Shown: piece by piece, positions 47,448-58,629 of the stretch
Position numbering within the stretch: the first letter of the stretch is position 1
Layout: each line of letters opens with the position of its first letter
Assembly (NCBI RefSeq): GCF_963921235.1
Contig: NC_086108.1
Location: 2,666,001 to 2,730,000, forward strand
From: Mobula hypostoma
Lineage: Eukaryota
DNA: 64,000 bases
Direction: 5' to 3'
Made by a program: the position numbers and the translations under genes
The notes under the pieces: model-generated
The model's input: only the letters and a program-made list of their open reading frames with translations
The model's database searches: none
What the model was told of the DNA's origin: nothing

Positions 47448-50304
47448 ATGTTTGCATGTGCAGGACTTCAAAGTCAACCCTGTGCTGTGTACTGTGCAGT
47501 ATTTCCTGCTGTAACTTTGGCAGGCGGGGATTGACTTGTCACAAATGGAGATTGAGGAGTCAAGCAGGAAGTTCTTCACAATCAACACACACAAGGGACC
47601 GTTCCAGTATAATTATCTTGTCTTTGGCATTACATCAGCAAGTGCTATAAGATATCCCAGGAACACAATGTTACTTTGATAATATCATTGTGACTGGCAA
47701 AAATGATGAGGAGCACCTCCAGAATCTTGGTAAGGTGCTTACCAGGCTGTGAGTATGGTCTGTGTGCAAAGAGAGAGAAATGTGAGTTTTTCAAGAATGA
47801 AATCTAATATTGTGGACATGTCATTGAGAAGAATGGCTTACATAAACCACAAGAGAAGATTGAAGCAATGCTACAGGCAGCCAGACTGAAAAATGTGTCA
47901 CAACTCAGGGCATATTTAGGCCTTGTAAACTACTACCACCGGTTTTTTCCAAACATTACTACAGTGCTGCACTGTTACAGACAGGAGCAAAGTGGGAATA
48001 GTCAGAAAGATGTGAAAGAGCATTCAAGGAAACAGAGACTAATTACACCAGATGAACTGCTCAGCCATTGACTCATCCCTGCCCATCAGACTGGCGTGTG
48101 TTACGTCCCCTTATGACATTGGAGCTGTTTTGTCACACACTATGAAAGATGGATCTGAACGTCCAATTGCGCTTGTTTCAAGATCACTGACGAGCACAGA
48201 ATGCAGCTATGCACAGATTGACCAAGAGGCCCTGGGTCTAGCCTGGGAAATAAAGAAGCCCCACCACTTCCTCTACGGACGAAAGTTTATCCTACTGACA
48301 GACCGCTGGCCCCTTTCCATTTTCAGTCCCGGGAAGGGAATTCCAGTGACGACTGCCGCCTGCTTGCAACACTGGGCTCTTTCCCCAGCAGCCCACTCTT
48401 ATGACATGGAGTTCCAGAGTACCAAACACCACAGTAATACTGACGGCTTCTCAAGTCTTGCACTGTTGACAACTAAAGAAGCAAAGTCTTCATACTGTGA
48501 CCCAGCAGAGATGTTCCACACGGTGCTGGTAGACCAACTGCCAGTAACAAATTCTGAAATAAAAAAAGGAACAAGGAATTGTTGAAAGTCTATGACATCA
48601 CCATGCCAGGATGGCCAGTTCAGGATAATCCTGTGTCTCGAGTCCTCAGCGAGACGAGACCAACTGTCTGTATGTCAAAGAACCCCGATGTGCAGAGCTC
48701 ATGTTGTGATCCCCTCTGAACTGTGTTAGAGAATGTGTATGAAGGTCACCTGGGTACACAGTCACAACAAAGAGTCTTGCCCAGAGCTACGTGTGGTGGC
48801 CAGGAATAGATAAACAGATTGAAGACTTGGCTAAAAGGAGTTTGGGATGCCAAAAAATTCAAAATGCACCCCCCCGCCAACAGGCACGTCCGTGGGAGTG
48901 ACCATCTTCCCCATGACAAGAATACATATTGACTTCACTGGGCCATTCATGGACTCCATGTTCCTCATTTCTGTGGATGCTCATTTGAAGTGGCCGGAGG
49001 TTGTACCAATGAAGTTAGCCACCTTGGCAAAGACTGTTTCCACTCTGAGGTCTATCCTCACCGGAAACGGCTTACCTGAAGAAATTGTGAGTGACAACAG
49101 ACCGCAATACACCCAGAAGAATTCCGACAGCTCACAAAGAAAAATGGTATCAGACATTTCAAGTCAGCTCCTCACCACCCAGCAACCAATAGGTTAACTG
49201 AAAGATTTATCCAAACCCTCAAGAAGTCCATTAAAAGCGGTGGACAAGGAGGACGTTTCTCTACAGCACAAGGTGGAACAACTTCCTTTTTGTGTATCAG
49301 AACTCTCTTCATGTGATGACAATCCAAACACCTGCAAAGCTGCACATGAACTGGAATCTGAGATCTCGCGTAGGCCTCCTGAAACCAGACCGACGAAGGG
49401 AAGTGTAGAATAAACGGTTTATCTAGTTATCAAGTAAATCGAGATTGGACTGGAAGTCCTAACAAGTGATTACCGAGAAGACAAGTGGACAGCCGGTGGG
49501 ATAGCTACAAGAACTGGACCACTGATGTTCCCAGTGGATGTTGGAGATCAGACATGAAGACGTCATGTGGATGAGACATTGGATACTCAGCCAAAGAACA
49601 CACCTGAGATGACTGCATCAATTAGATGGACGCATTACAGCCACCAAACGTGCCTCTCGGTGACGATCATGTCACTAACAACAATGTGACACCTGCAACA
49701 GAGAAAGTTGTCCTGGACAAGACACCTGCCAAACCTGATGCCACTCCACAAATCCAAAGGCATTATCCCGAAAGAAACAGAACACCATCCAAAAGACTGG
49801 ACCTTCAGTATAGAGAAGCTAGTTTATTGTGAAAGCATGTTTATTTGAATATAGTCTGTTAAAGGGAAATTGAATGTTTTGCTACATTTATGGTTTTATG
49901 TTACATTAATCTAATGTGATTATGGAAGGGAGGCTGATGATACCTCAGGAAGGCAGCACCCATTATTAAGGAGCCTCACCATCCAGAAGGCAGGGTGGAG
50001 AAACGTTTCTACCAAAGGAGATGAAAGGAGCTGCTTCCCTCCGCTAGCCTGCAGGTCAGGTCACCCTTGGGCAAGGAGTAGCACCTGCTTAGTGGCCCCC
50101 CCTCCCCCTGATCATGGCCACATGAGGCCATGGGAGCAGGTGCTGGATGGTCGTATGAGCAGCCGGTGCAGATCACTAGTCCTGGTTATGTGACCACTGA
50201 CACCAGGCAGACAGTCTCTGAAGAGTATTGATAATGGCCGGGGTCACCCATCTTATAGATACACCGCCACAAGAAGGCAGTGACAAACTGCTTCCTCTAT
50301 TACC

Positions 50305-50960
50305 AGCTCTACTGTGTCCGGTGCTCCTGGTACAGCCTCTTCTGCATTGGTGAGACCCATCAGAAACTGGGGGACCGCTTTGTTGCGCATCTGCAGTCCA
50401 TCCGCCAAAAGCAGAACTTCCTGGTGGCCAAACATTTTAATTCCGATTCCCTTTCTCATTCCGACATCTCAAGCCACAGCCTTCTCTTGTACCAAGATGA
50501 GGCCACCCTCAGGGCGGAGGAGCAACACCTTCTATTCCGTCCAGGTAGCTTCCAACCTGATGGCATGAATATCGATTTCTCCTTCCAGTAAAAAATATTT
50601 CCCTCCCCCTCCCCTCTTCTATTCCCCACTCTGGCCTATTACCCCTTCTCACCTGCCTATGGGTCACCTCCTCCTTCCTTTTCTCCTATGGTCCACTCTC
50701 CTCTCCCTCAAATTCCTTCCTCTCCAGCCCTAGACCTTTCCCACCCACCTGGCTTCACCTATCACCTTCCAGCTATCCTCCTCCCCCTCTCCCCTTCCAC
50801 CTTCTATTCTGAGGTTTCCCCTTCCTTTCCAGTCCTGAAGAAGGGTCTCAGCCCAAAACCGACTATTTATTCATTGCCATAGATGCGACTTGACCTGCCG
50901 AGTTCCTTCAGCATTTTGTATCTGTTTTCCTCAACACTTCAAGCATCTGCAGAATCCTCA
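50305..50960 (+). mobile_element. Penelope-like 3' fragment with GIY-YIG remnant
   Basis: LYCVRCSWYSLFCIGETHQKLGDRFVAHL..VAKHFN..EEQHLLFR..QPDGMNIDFS; pLTR terminus. Confidence 0.88.
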
Positions 50961-51214
50961 GTATTTAATAATAAGCCTGATTCTGATTCGGAATAGTAAG
51001 CAGCAGGTAGTGCTGCTGCCTCAGAACTCCAGATTCAATTCTGATATCTGGTGCTGTCTGTGTGGAGTTTGCATGTGCACCCCACACCTGTGAGAGTTAT
51101 ACCTGCTAGTGTATGTAAAGGGGGGAGTATTATGGGGGAGGGGAGTTAAAGGGGATGTGTAAGAACGAGGAAGAAACAGGAACGATTGGATTGCTCCCTT
51201 GAGGGCCAGCATTA

Positions 51215-51652
51215 AACATGAAACCATAAGGTATAGGAGCAGAATTAGGCCATTTGGCCCATCAGGTCTGCTCTGCCATTTCATCATGGCCAATCCATTT
51301 TCTCTCTCAGCTGCAGTCTCCTGCCTCCTCCTCCTATTCCTTCATGCCCCGACTAGTCAAGAAACTATCAACCTCTGCCTTGAAAATACCCAATGACTTG
51401 GCCTCCACAGCCGCCTGTGGCAACCAACTCCACTCTCCTCAACTCTGTTTTAAATGGTTGTCCCTCTATTCTGAGGCTGTGTCCTCTGGTCTTGGACTCC
51501 CCCATCATAGGAAACATCCTCTCCACATCCACTCTATCTAGGCCTTTCAATATTTAATAGGTTTCAATGAGATCACCCCCATTCTTCTGCATTCCAGGCC
51601 CAGACGCAGACCCATCAAACGCTCCTCATATGACAAGACGTTCAATCCTGGA
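51215..51652 (-). mobile_element. CR1 3' fragment
   Basis: GLDRVDVERMFP..TRGHSLRI. Confidence 0.85.
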
Positions 51653-52249
51653 AGCATGACGGACCAAGCAGCCGACTCTCGTGTCGCAAGATCAACCTTG
51701 AGTGAAATTTAGAGGCGAGACTTGAAAAAATTACTTGAAGACGTGGGTAGTGGTTCTGAAACAAGATTTTATTTTCTCACAGGTATTGGTAAACACAGAT
51801 GGGTGGTGGGCCAAACTGTGCCAATGACTGCAAATATTTGCCTCAGGCACCTTTGGGAATACTTCCGTTCCTATGGTAACCAATGCAAAATGTTCAAAAA
51901 AGACAGTTTATAATTACTAGACAGGTGTAATTTCCAGAGCATCTTAATATAACAGTCCAAGAATGGCAATGTCACTCGCACAATGAAGATGGGATGCCAC
52001 TTGAGGTAGTGGGGGTGGGGGGAGGAGAGTGATAATTACTTGGCCTCGTTTGCAGCCTGTGTTGGGTCTGTTTAACCTTAGTTCAACGCAGGTGGCACCC
52101 TGCTGTCTCTTGGAAATGTCTGGCCCATGACTACTCAGAATGGAAGGGGTGATTGAAGACCTCAGGGCTTGAGCTGGTACGGAGCAGATGTAAGGGGCAG
52201 AAGGAGCTGCCCACCACCAGCCCTAGTTGGGGGGGAGTGGGGGAGAGTG

Positions 52250-53435
52250 ATAGCCTAGTATGGAAACGACAATGTCCTGGAACAGAAAAGGCTACAGGGA
52301 GTGGTAGACAGCCCAGTTCATCACTGGTAAGGCCCTCCCTAACTGCGACGAGACAGCAGCATCCATGGTCAATGACCCCTACTGTCTAACCCATGCTCTC
52401 TTCTCACTACTATGATGGGGCAGGAGGTACAGGAGCCCCAGGTTTAGGAACAGTTATTACCTTACAGCAGCCGGCTCCTGAACTAGAGGAGCTCACTGCA
52501 ACTCTGAACTACGTCCACACTCTAAAGACTCACTTTCAAGGAATGTACAACTCATGGCCCAGTAATATTTATTTATTTACATAAGTGGTCTTTTGTTGCA
52601 CGTTGGCTGTTTGTCAGACCTTCTGTATACAGATTTTCACAAATTCTATTTTTTTTTGTTTTCCTGCAAATCCCTGCAAGAAAATGAATCTCAGGTACTG
52701 TATGGTAACATATACATACAGTACTTTGATAATAAGTTCCGCTTTGACTTGGATTCCTACATTAGCCTCATCAGATACTTCAACTCCCACAACACCAAAG
52801 GCATCCTCCATCCCAAGGCCTTGGTGAAGCCTTCAAGTCAGGTTTCCACAGCAACATGCAGATTGTAGATGAGTGTTAAATGGCAGATACCATTCCATTT
52901 TCAACCTGCCAGTATTTAAAATACATTTGACGGGGGTTGAATATCCTCCAGTGAAGGAGCAATTACTGTTTTGGAGACAATTGTCTACCTCTACCCCACA
53001 CAGCTTCCAGCTCAGCCAGAACTGGCATATTCATGGGATTCTCCATTCTGTACCAAGTCGTGGGCACAGCTCAGTCCACCACTGGAACCAGCCTTCCCCT
53101 CTATAAACTCTGTCCACACTTCTCGTTGCCTCAGTTAAGCAGCCAGCATCGTCAAAGATCCCGCCCACCCCAGACACTCTCTCTTCTCCCCTCTCCCATC
53201 GGGCAGAAGACACATGTCACCAGGCTCAGAGGCAGCTTCCACCCTGGTCTTGTAAGATTGTTGTATTGTAAAGTTGGACAGCAAGAGCAACAAGAATAAG
53301 ATGGACTCTTGACCTCACTATCCACCTTCTCATGATACTTGCACCGTATTTTCTGTCTGCACTGCACTTTCTCTGTAATGGTAATACTTTATTCTGCATT
53401 CTGTTTTATCTTGTTCTACCTCAATGTACTTTGTT
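52250..53435 (+). mobile_element. Two decayed Rex/Babar 3' fragments (52250-52750, 53050-53435)
   Basis: gcagcatcc..gaccc..catgctctcttctc..caggtttaggaacagttattac pattern, as in other copies. Confidence 0.65.
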
Positions 53436-53794
53436 GGGTTGAAGTGTTCTCCAATCTTGGTACACTGATGCTGTACGGTGACGAAACGTTTGCAAATGGA
53501 TTGCCAAGATCGGAAAGTAACTCAACCCAACCATCAACCACCCAAGCTACACATTTTACAAGGTATTTTCATCAATGTACTTGCATTTGGAATGATCTCC
53601 GTGGCTCACATGTAAAAAATGTATCCTGCTGCACATGACAATATAACAAATTAATAATTACTCCTGTGAAATCATTGGCCAGCACACATCGGTAACCACA
53701 TCCCAGTGAGAAACCCTGCCTTCCAGCTTATGGGCACTCATGATCACTGGGCAGTGCCAGTCAGATGGCCTTGGGAAATGCCAAAGCAACTTCA

Positions 53795-53928
53795 TGATTG
53801 ACAGCGTTTGGGAGCCAATAGGATGGTGCCTTCCTTCCCACCATCACAACATGCTCTCACAATTGGCTCCTCTTTCTCCCCTTGAGCCAATCGGAAGCTG
53901 CAAAGATGCAAAGTTTGTCTATGATTGG
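53795..53928. promoter_or_regulatory. Candidate cis-regulatory cluster: TGATTGACAG plus four CCAAT/ATTGG boxes
   Basis: TGATTGACAG 53795-53804; CCAAT 53815 and 53887; ATTGG 53862 and 53924, in non-repetitive-looking DNA. Confidence 0.35.
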
Positions 53929-54069
53929 AGCATTGCCAAAAATAGGGCAATATGGAACTTGTGTTTAAAGGAAGGTTGCAAAAGGTTCCATAAGTTCCTG
54001 GTGATGTTGTGGAGAATCTAGGGAGCTTCATGCCACAAGAACATCCAACAAATATTGGATTTAGTTCTA

Positions 54070-55350
54070 TTTAGAACATAGAGCATAGAACAATATTGGC
54101 CCTTCAGCCCACAATGTGCTGATGTTAAAACCTAATCCAGGATCAATCTACTTCTTTCCTCCCTTACAGCACTCTATTTTTCTATCATCCATGTACCTAT
54201 CTAAGAGTCTCTTAAATGTCCCTACTGTATCTGCCTCTACCACCAGCCCTGGCAGGGCATTCCATGCACCCATGCACCCTCAGTGTAAAAAAAAACTACC
54301 TCCTCACTATACTTCCCTTAAACACTTTAATAAAACTCTGTCATAGGAAAGCAGCATCCATCATCAGAGATCCTCACCACCCAGGCCGTGCTCTCTTCTC
54401 ACTGCTGCTATCAGGTAGAAGGTACAGAGCCTCAGGATTCGCACCACCAGGTTCAAGAACAGTTACTACCCCTCAACCATCAGGCTCTGGTGAGCAAAAG
54501 CGGATAACTGCACTCACTTGCCCATTGAGATGTTCCCACAGCCAATGATCTCAATTTAATGACTCTTTATCTCATTGTTTCATGTTCTCATTATTTATTG
54601 CTATTTATTTATATTTACATTTGCACAGTTTGTTGTCTTCTGCACTCTGGTTGATCTTTCATTGATCCTGTTACAGTTACTATTCTATAGATTTGCTGAG
54701 TATGTCTGCAGGAAAATGAATCTCAGGGTTGTATATGGTGACATATGTAAGACAAAGGAGCAGAAGTCAGCCATTCGGCCCATCGAGTCTGCTCTGCCAT
54801 TTTATCATGAGCTGATCCATTCTCCCATTTAGTCCCACTCCCCCACCTTCTCACCATAACCTTTGATGCCCTGGCTACTCAGATACCTATCAATCTCTGC
54901 CTTAAATACACCCAATGACTTGGCCTCCACTGCGGTCCGTGGCAACAAACTCCATAGATTCACCACCCTCTGGCTAAAAAAATTTCTTTGCATCTCTGTT
55001 CTGAATGGGCACCCTTCAATCCATTAAGTCATGTACTCTCATAATAAAAATTACTTTGAACTTTTAAACTTTCACCCTCCTGTATTAACCATTTCGCCTT
55101 GGGATAAAGTTCCCAGTTGTCCACTCTATCTATGTCCCTTATATATCTCTGTCAAGTCAATTCTCATCCTCCTTCACTCCAAAGAGAAAAGCCCTGGTTC
55201 ACTCAATCTATCCTCGTAAGACATGCTATCCAATCCTGGTCAATCTCCTCTGCACCCTCTCTAAACCATTCACGTCCTTCCTATAACAAGCGACCAGAAC
55301 TGAACACAATACTCCAAATGTGATCTAACCAGAGTTCGGTAGAGCTGCAG
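54070..55350. mobile_element. Triple nest: CR1(-) > Rex/Babar(+, 54335-55072) > CR1(-, 54750-55030)
   Basis: Each host resumes after its insert; atgta is duplicated at 54745-54749 and 55031-55035. Confidence 0.75.
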
Positions 55351-56219
55351 TGGGTACAACGAAACTGCAAAATGGGTATAAGTGTTCATGAAAAACACAA
55401 CCATCAGCCATTTACATCCCTCATGCCACCAGAGCAATTAAAAGCAGATTTCTAATTGAATTAAGTGATAACTGAGGTAGTTTTACAATTATCCCAGTGT
55501 AATAATGGCAGCACTGCAGCTGAAGTGACATTAGTCAGCAGAGACACAACAAAGCACAAATGCCGAGACTGGGGGAGCAAAAACCAAAAAGTGGTTAAGA
55601 AAAAGGGGGACCACCTCATTAAGCAGCTTGGCTTCATCTGCCAAAAGCGGTACATCCCAGTGGTCAAACATTTCAATTCCTATTCCCACGCCAACATGTC
55701 AGTCCTCTTGTGTCAAGAACAGCTTCATCCCCCAGACCATAAGACTACGGACCTCCTCGCCACCCCCCTGTGCCTTATCACATATGAAGCACCAGTATCG
55801 TTATATACTGTTAGCTTTTTAACTTGTGTCATACATGATTTGTTAATTTATTTGTGGTAATATTACATTATGTGTGGTGTGTGTGAGTTACATGTTCGGT
55901 GTTGTCCATTCGGCCCATCGAGTCTGCTCCACCATTTGATGATGGCTGACCTATTTTCCTCTCAACCCCATTCTCCTGCCTTCTCTCCGTAAACTTCCAT
56001 GCCTGACTAATCATTTTGTTTTGACCGAACATGTATACTGTTGAACAGACGCCATAACATTGAATTTGTGGAGTGGTTTTAAGATTGGCTGATAAGCATT
56101 ACTTTGTCTCTTTTCCTACTTTATTAATTACTTTTCATTCATAATTTCAAATTAAGTAACTTGTTATAATCTTTAACACATGCACAGTGTTTGGGGCTAC
56201 ATCCGGCTGCTGAATCAGA

Positions 56220-56600
56220 AAAGATCTATGGTTTATAAGGACTTGAGAGGCATGGATTGAGTAGACAGAGAATATCTGGTTCCCAGGGTTGAAATGTCTA
56301 ATTCCAGAGGGCATGCATTGACGGTGAGGGAGGTGGGGGTAGGTTCAGGGGGGATGTGAGGGGTAAGTGAGGGATAAGTTTTTTACTCAGAGAGTGGTGG
56401 ATGTCTGGAATGTACTGCCTGGTCTGGTGGTAGAGGCAGATACATTAGAGACTTTTAAGAGATGTTTGGATAGGCACATGGATGTGAGGAAGGTGGAGGG
56501 AAATTGATATTATGTAGCTAGGAGGGTTTAGTTTTTATTTCTTTTAATTTACTGTTTAGCTGGTTCGGCACAACATTGTGGGCCAAAGGTGCTGTTTTAT
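56220..56600 (+). mobile_element. CR1 3' fragment
   Basis: ttttttactcagagagtggtgg..tttaagagatgtttggataggcacatgg..ggcacaacattgtgggcc. Confidence 0.8.
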
Positions 56601-57542
56601 GAACGAGGAGCAAATTTTTAAAATATTTTTGTTACACTTAGCTGGTCAGGCAGCATCTGTGGAGGGAAATCAGCGGGTTGACCATTGCTACGGAGAGAAG
56701 TTTGAAAAATTGGTTCTGGTTAGTGGCATTTGGGAGTTTGATGGGTTATATCCTGCCTGAAAGCTTTAGCCTTCCCGTATAAAGATGAGCCTGGTGTATT
56801 GGGAATGAGAAAACATCAGTAATGGTGTATTGGGAATGAAATGGGTGCACGGGGTGGAACTACAGCCCCTCCTGATGTTCCTTCCCACAAGGCAGAGTAT
56901 ATGATAATGCAGATGTGTTACTAATCGGGCCAGCTGTTCTGAGCCCTATTCAGCTGCAGCTGGATAGTGTAAATTCAGGCAGCTGCAGGTTCAATTTCAG
57001 CATGAAGAGAAGCTTGGATGGGGGTGGAGGGGTAAGGCCTGCTATGATCCAGGTGTGTGTTGATGGGACTAAGAAATCTACAGGAAAACTAGGATTGGTG
57101 GGTTGAGATTTGCGGTTTAATGTCCTTGTTGCAATTTTCTGGGTGGGTGACATGTTAGTTTTTCGTGTGAGGGAGGGGTTTGGGCATCGGGGGTCTGATG
57201 CTCTTGTTAGTGTTTTTCTGTGTACGAGAGAGGGTGTTGGGCATTTGATGTTATGGTCGCTGTTTTTTACTCCCATGTGGGCAATATATTAGTTTTTGTG
57301 CAAGGAAGGGGTTGGGGGCGGGGTTTGGGGTTTGCAAGTTCTTGTTTTATTTCTTTTTGTATTAGGGGGCATGTCTTTCAACGACTGTCAAGGTTTCTTT
57401 TAGTTTTGTGGCATCTGGAGAAGACGACTCTCAAGGTTGTATTCTGCATACATTGATAATAAAGTTAACCTTTGGACTTCGAACTTCTGTCAGGCCTGTT
57501 TCTGTGCTATAGTGTTCTAAGCCCCAGGACTCTAACTAAATA

Positions 57543-57996
57543 CGAGGGGTGATTGATAAGTTTGTGGCCTAAGGAAGTAGGAGATGAGTTATTAACTTCA
57601 AACTTTCTGCATTATCACTCAGAGTTGAACTGCATGGGCATGTAACGAGAGCTGTATAACTCATCTCCTTCTACCTTAGGCCACGAACTTATCAATCACC
57701 CCTGCTGTGGACCACCTGGAGATCCAAGACGCTCTTGTTACATGCATGTACAGTTCGACTCTGAGTGAAGATGCAGAAAGTTTGAAGTTAATAACTCATC
57801 TCCTTCTACCTCAGGCCACGAACTTATCAATCACCCCTGCTGTGGACCACTTCTCGAAGGAAGGGATCCGTATGCTCCACGACCGCTGGACTAAGTGCGT
57901 ACATGTAGGGGGGGACTATGTTGAAAAATAAATGTGCTAGGTTTTCTAAAATTGACTCCTTCTGCCTTAGGCCACAAACTTATCAATCACCCCTCA
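57543..57996 (+). mobile_element. Mariner-derived non-autonomous element (MITE) with TA TSD and transposase C-terminal remnant
   Basis: TA-cgaggggtgattgataagtttgtggcctaagg ... ccttaggccacaaacttatcaatcacccctca-TA; HFSKEGIRMLHDRWTKCVHVGGDYVEK* is a typical mariner C-terminus. Confidence 0.92.
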
Positions 57997-58139
57997 TACA
58001 TTTATTAAAATCACAGTAATCACAAAGCTATCAAACCATCCTAAAAGTCTTCATGGTTTACTCCTGCCCTTCATGGAAGGAAAAGCTGTTCTTCTTACCT
58101 GGTCTAACCCACCTCACGTCCCTCCTCCGTATTGGTGGC

Positions 58140-58445
58140 ATCTAAAGGAGGTGCTGCCTCACAAAGGCGACGTCCATTAGCAAAGATCCCCACCGTGCGG
58201 GCCAGGAGTGTTCTCACCGCTACCACCAGCAGCAGGTACAGAAGCCTAAAGTCTCACACCACCAGGTTCAGAAACAGCTACTTCCCTCCAACCACCCTGC
58301 TCAACCTCAGAATTGTAACACTATGGCCACTTGACACTGCAATGGGTTTTATTGTTCCTGTTCCATATTTATGTTTTTCTTCTGATAGCTGATACACTCT
58401 GTGTATACACATATTTATGACTGTGACAATAAACTTGACTTTGAT
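58140..58445 (+). mobile_element. Rex/Babar 3' fragment
   Basis: RYRSLKSHTTRFRNSYFP; tail aataaacttgactttga. Confidence 0.8.
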
Positions 58446-58629
58446 CAATATGGTAACTTGCTGAATTTAATTGCTCCACCATTGGCAGCTGGGCCTTTGG
58501 CTAGGTGAACTCTTCTGCCTCTCTCCCTCATTTATTTTCTCTCTCTCTCTCTATCTATCTCTCATTCCCCATCTCCTTCTCCCCTCCCTCTTTCTCCCCA
58601 TTTCTCTCTCTCATGCTCCCTCTTTCTCC

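Larger units (their letters stand above)
44289..49900 (+). mobile_element. Decayed Gypsy/Ty3 LTR retrotransposon internal region (gag, RT, RNase H, integrase pseudogenes); LTRs not clearly identified
   Basis: PBS-like tggcaatgag at 44289; gag EDWESYIERVE, VIAERFRFHQRNQ..ESISEYIAEL; RT SDWATPI, TINTHKG, NIIVTG..EEHLQNL; RNase H YDIGAVLSH..ERPIA..SRSLT; integrase HIDFTGP..VDAHLKWPEV..IVSDN. Confidence 0.92.

Noticed and set aside
48052..49197. Functional or domesticated RNase H/integrase
   Set aside because: Multiple stops and frameshifts and degenerate catalytic motifs; a decayed Gypsy pol.
51709..51755. Minus-strand mini-exon ending ..FFKSRL* (peroxisomal PTS1-like)
   Set aside because: Weak acceptor, only ~15 codons, no partner exons or recognisable homology; likely chance.
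58095..58105. Minus-strand splice donor (ccag|gtaag)
   Set aside because: Lies in what looks like a decayed repeat (compare 37755-37770) with no credible upstream exon.
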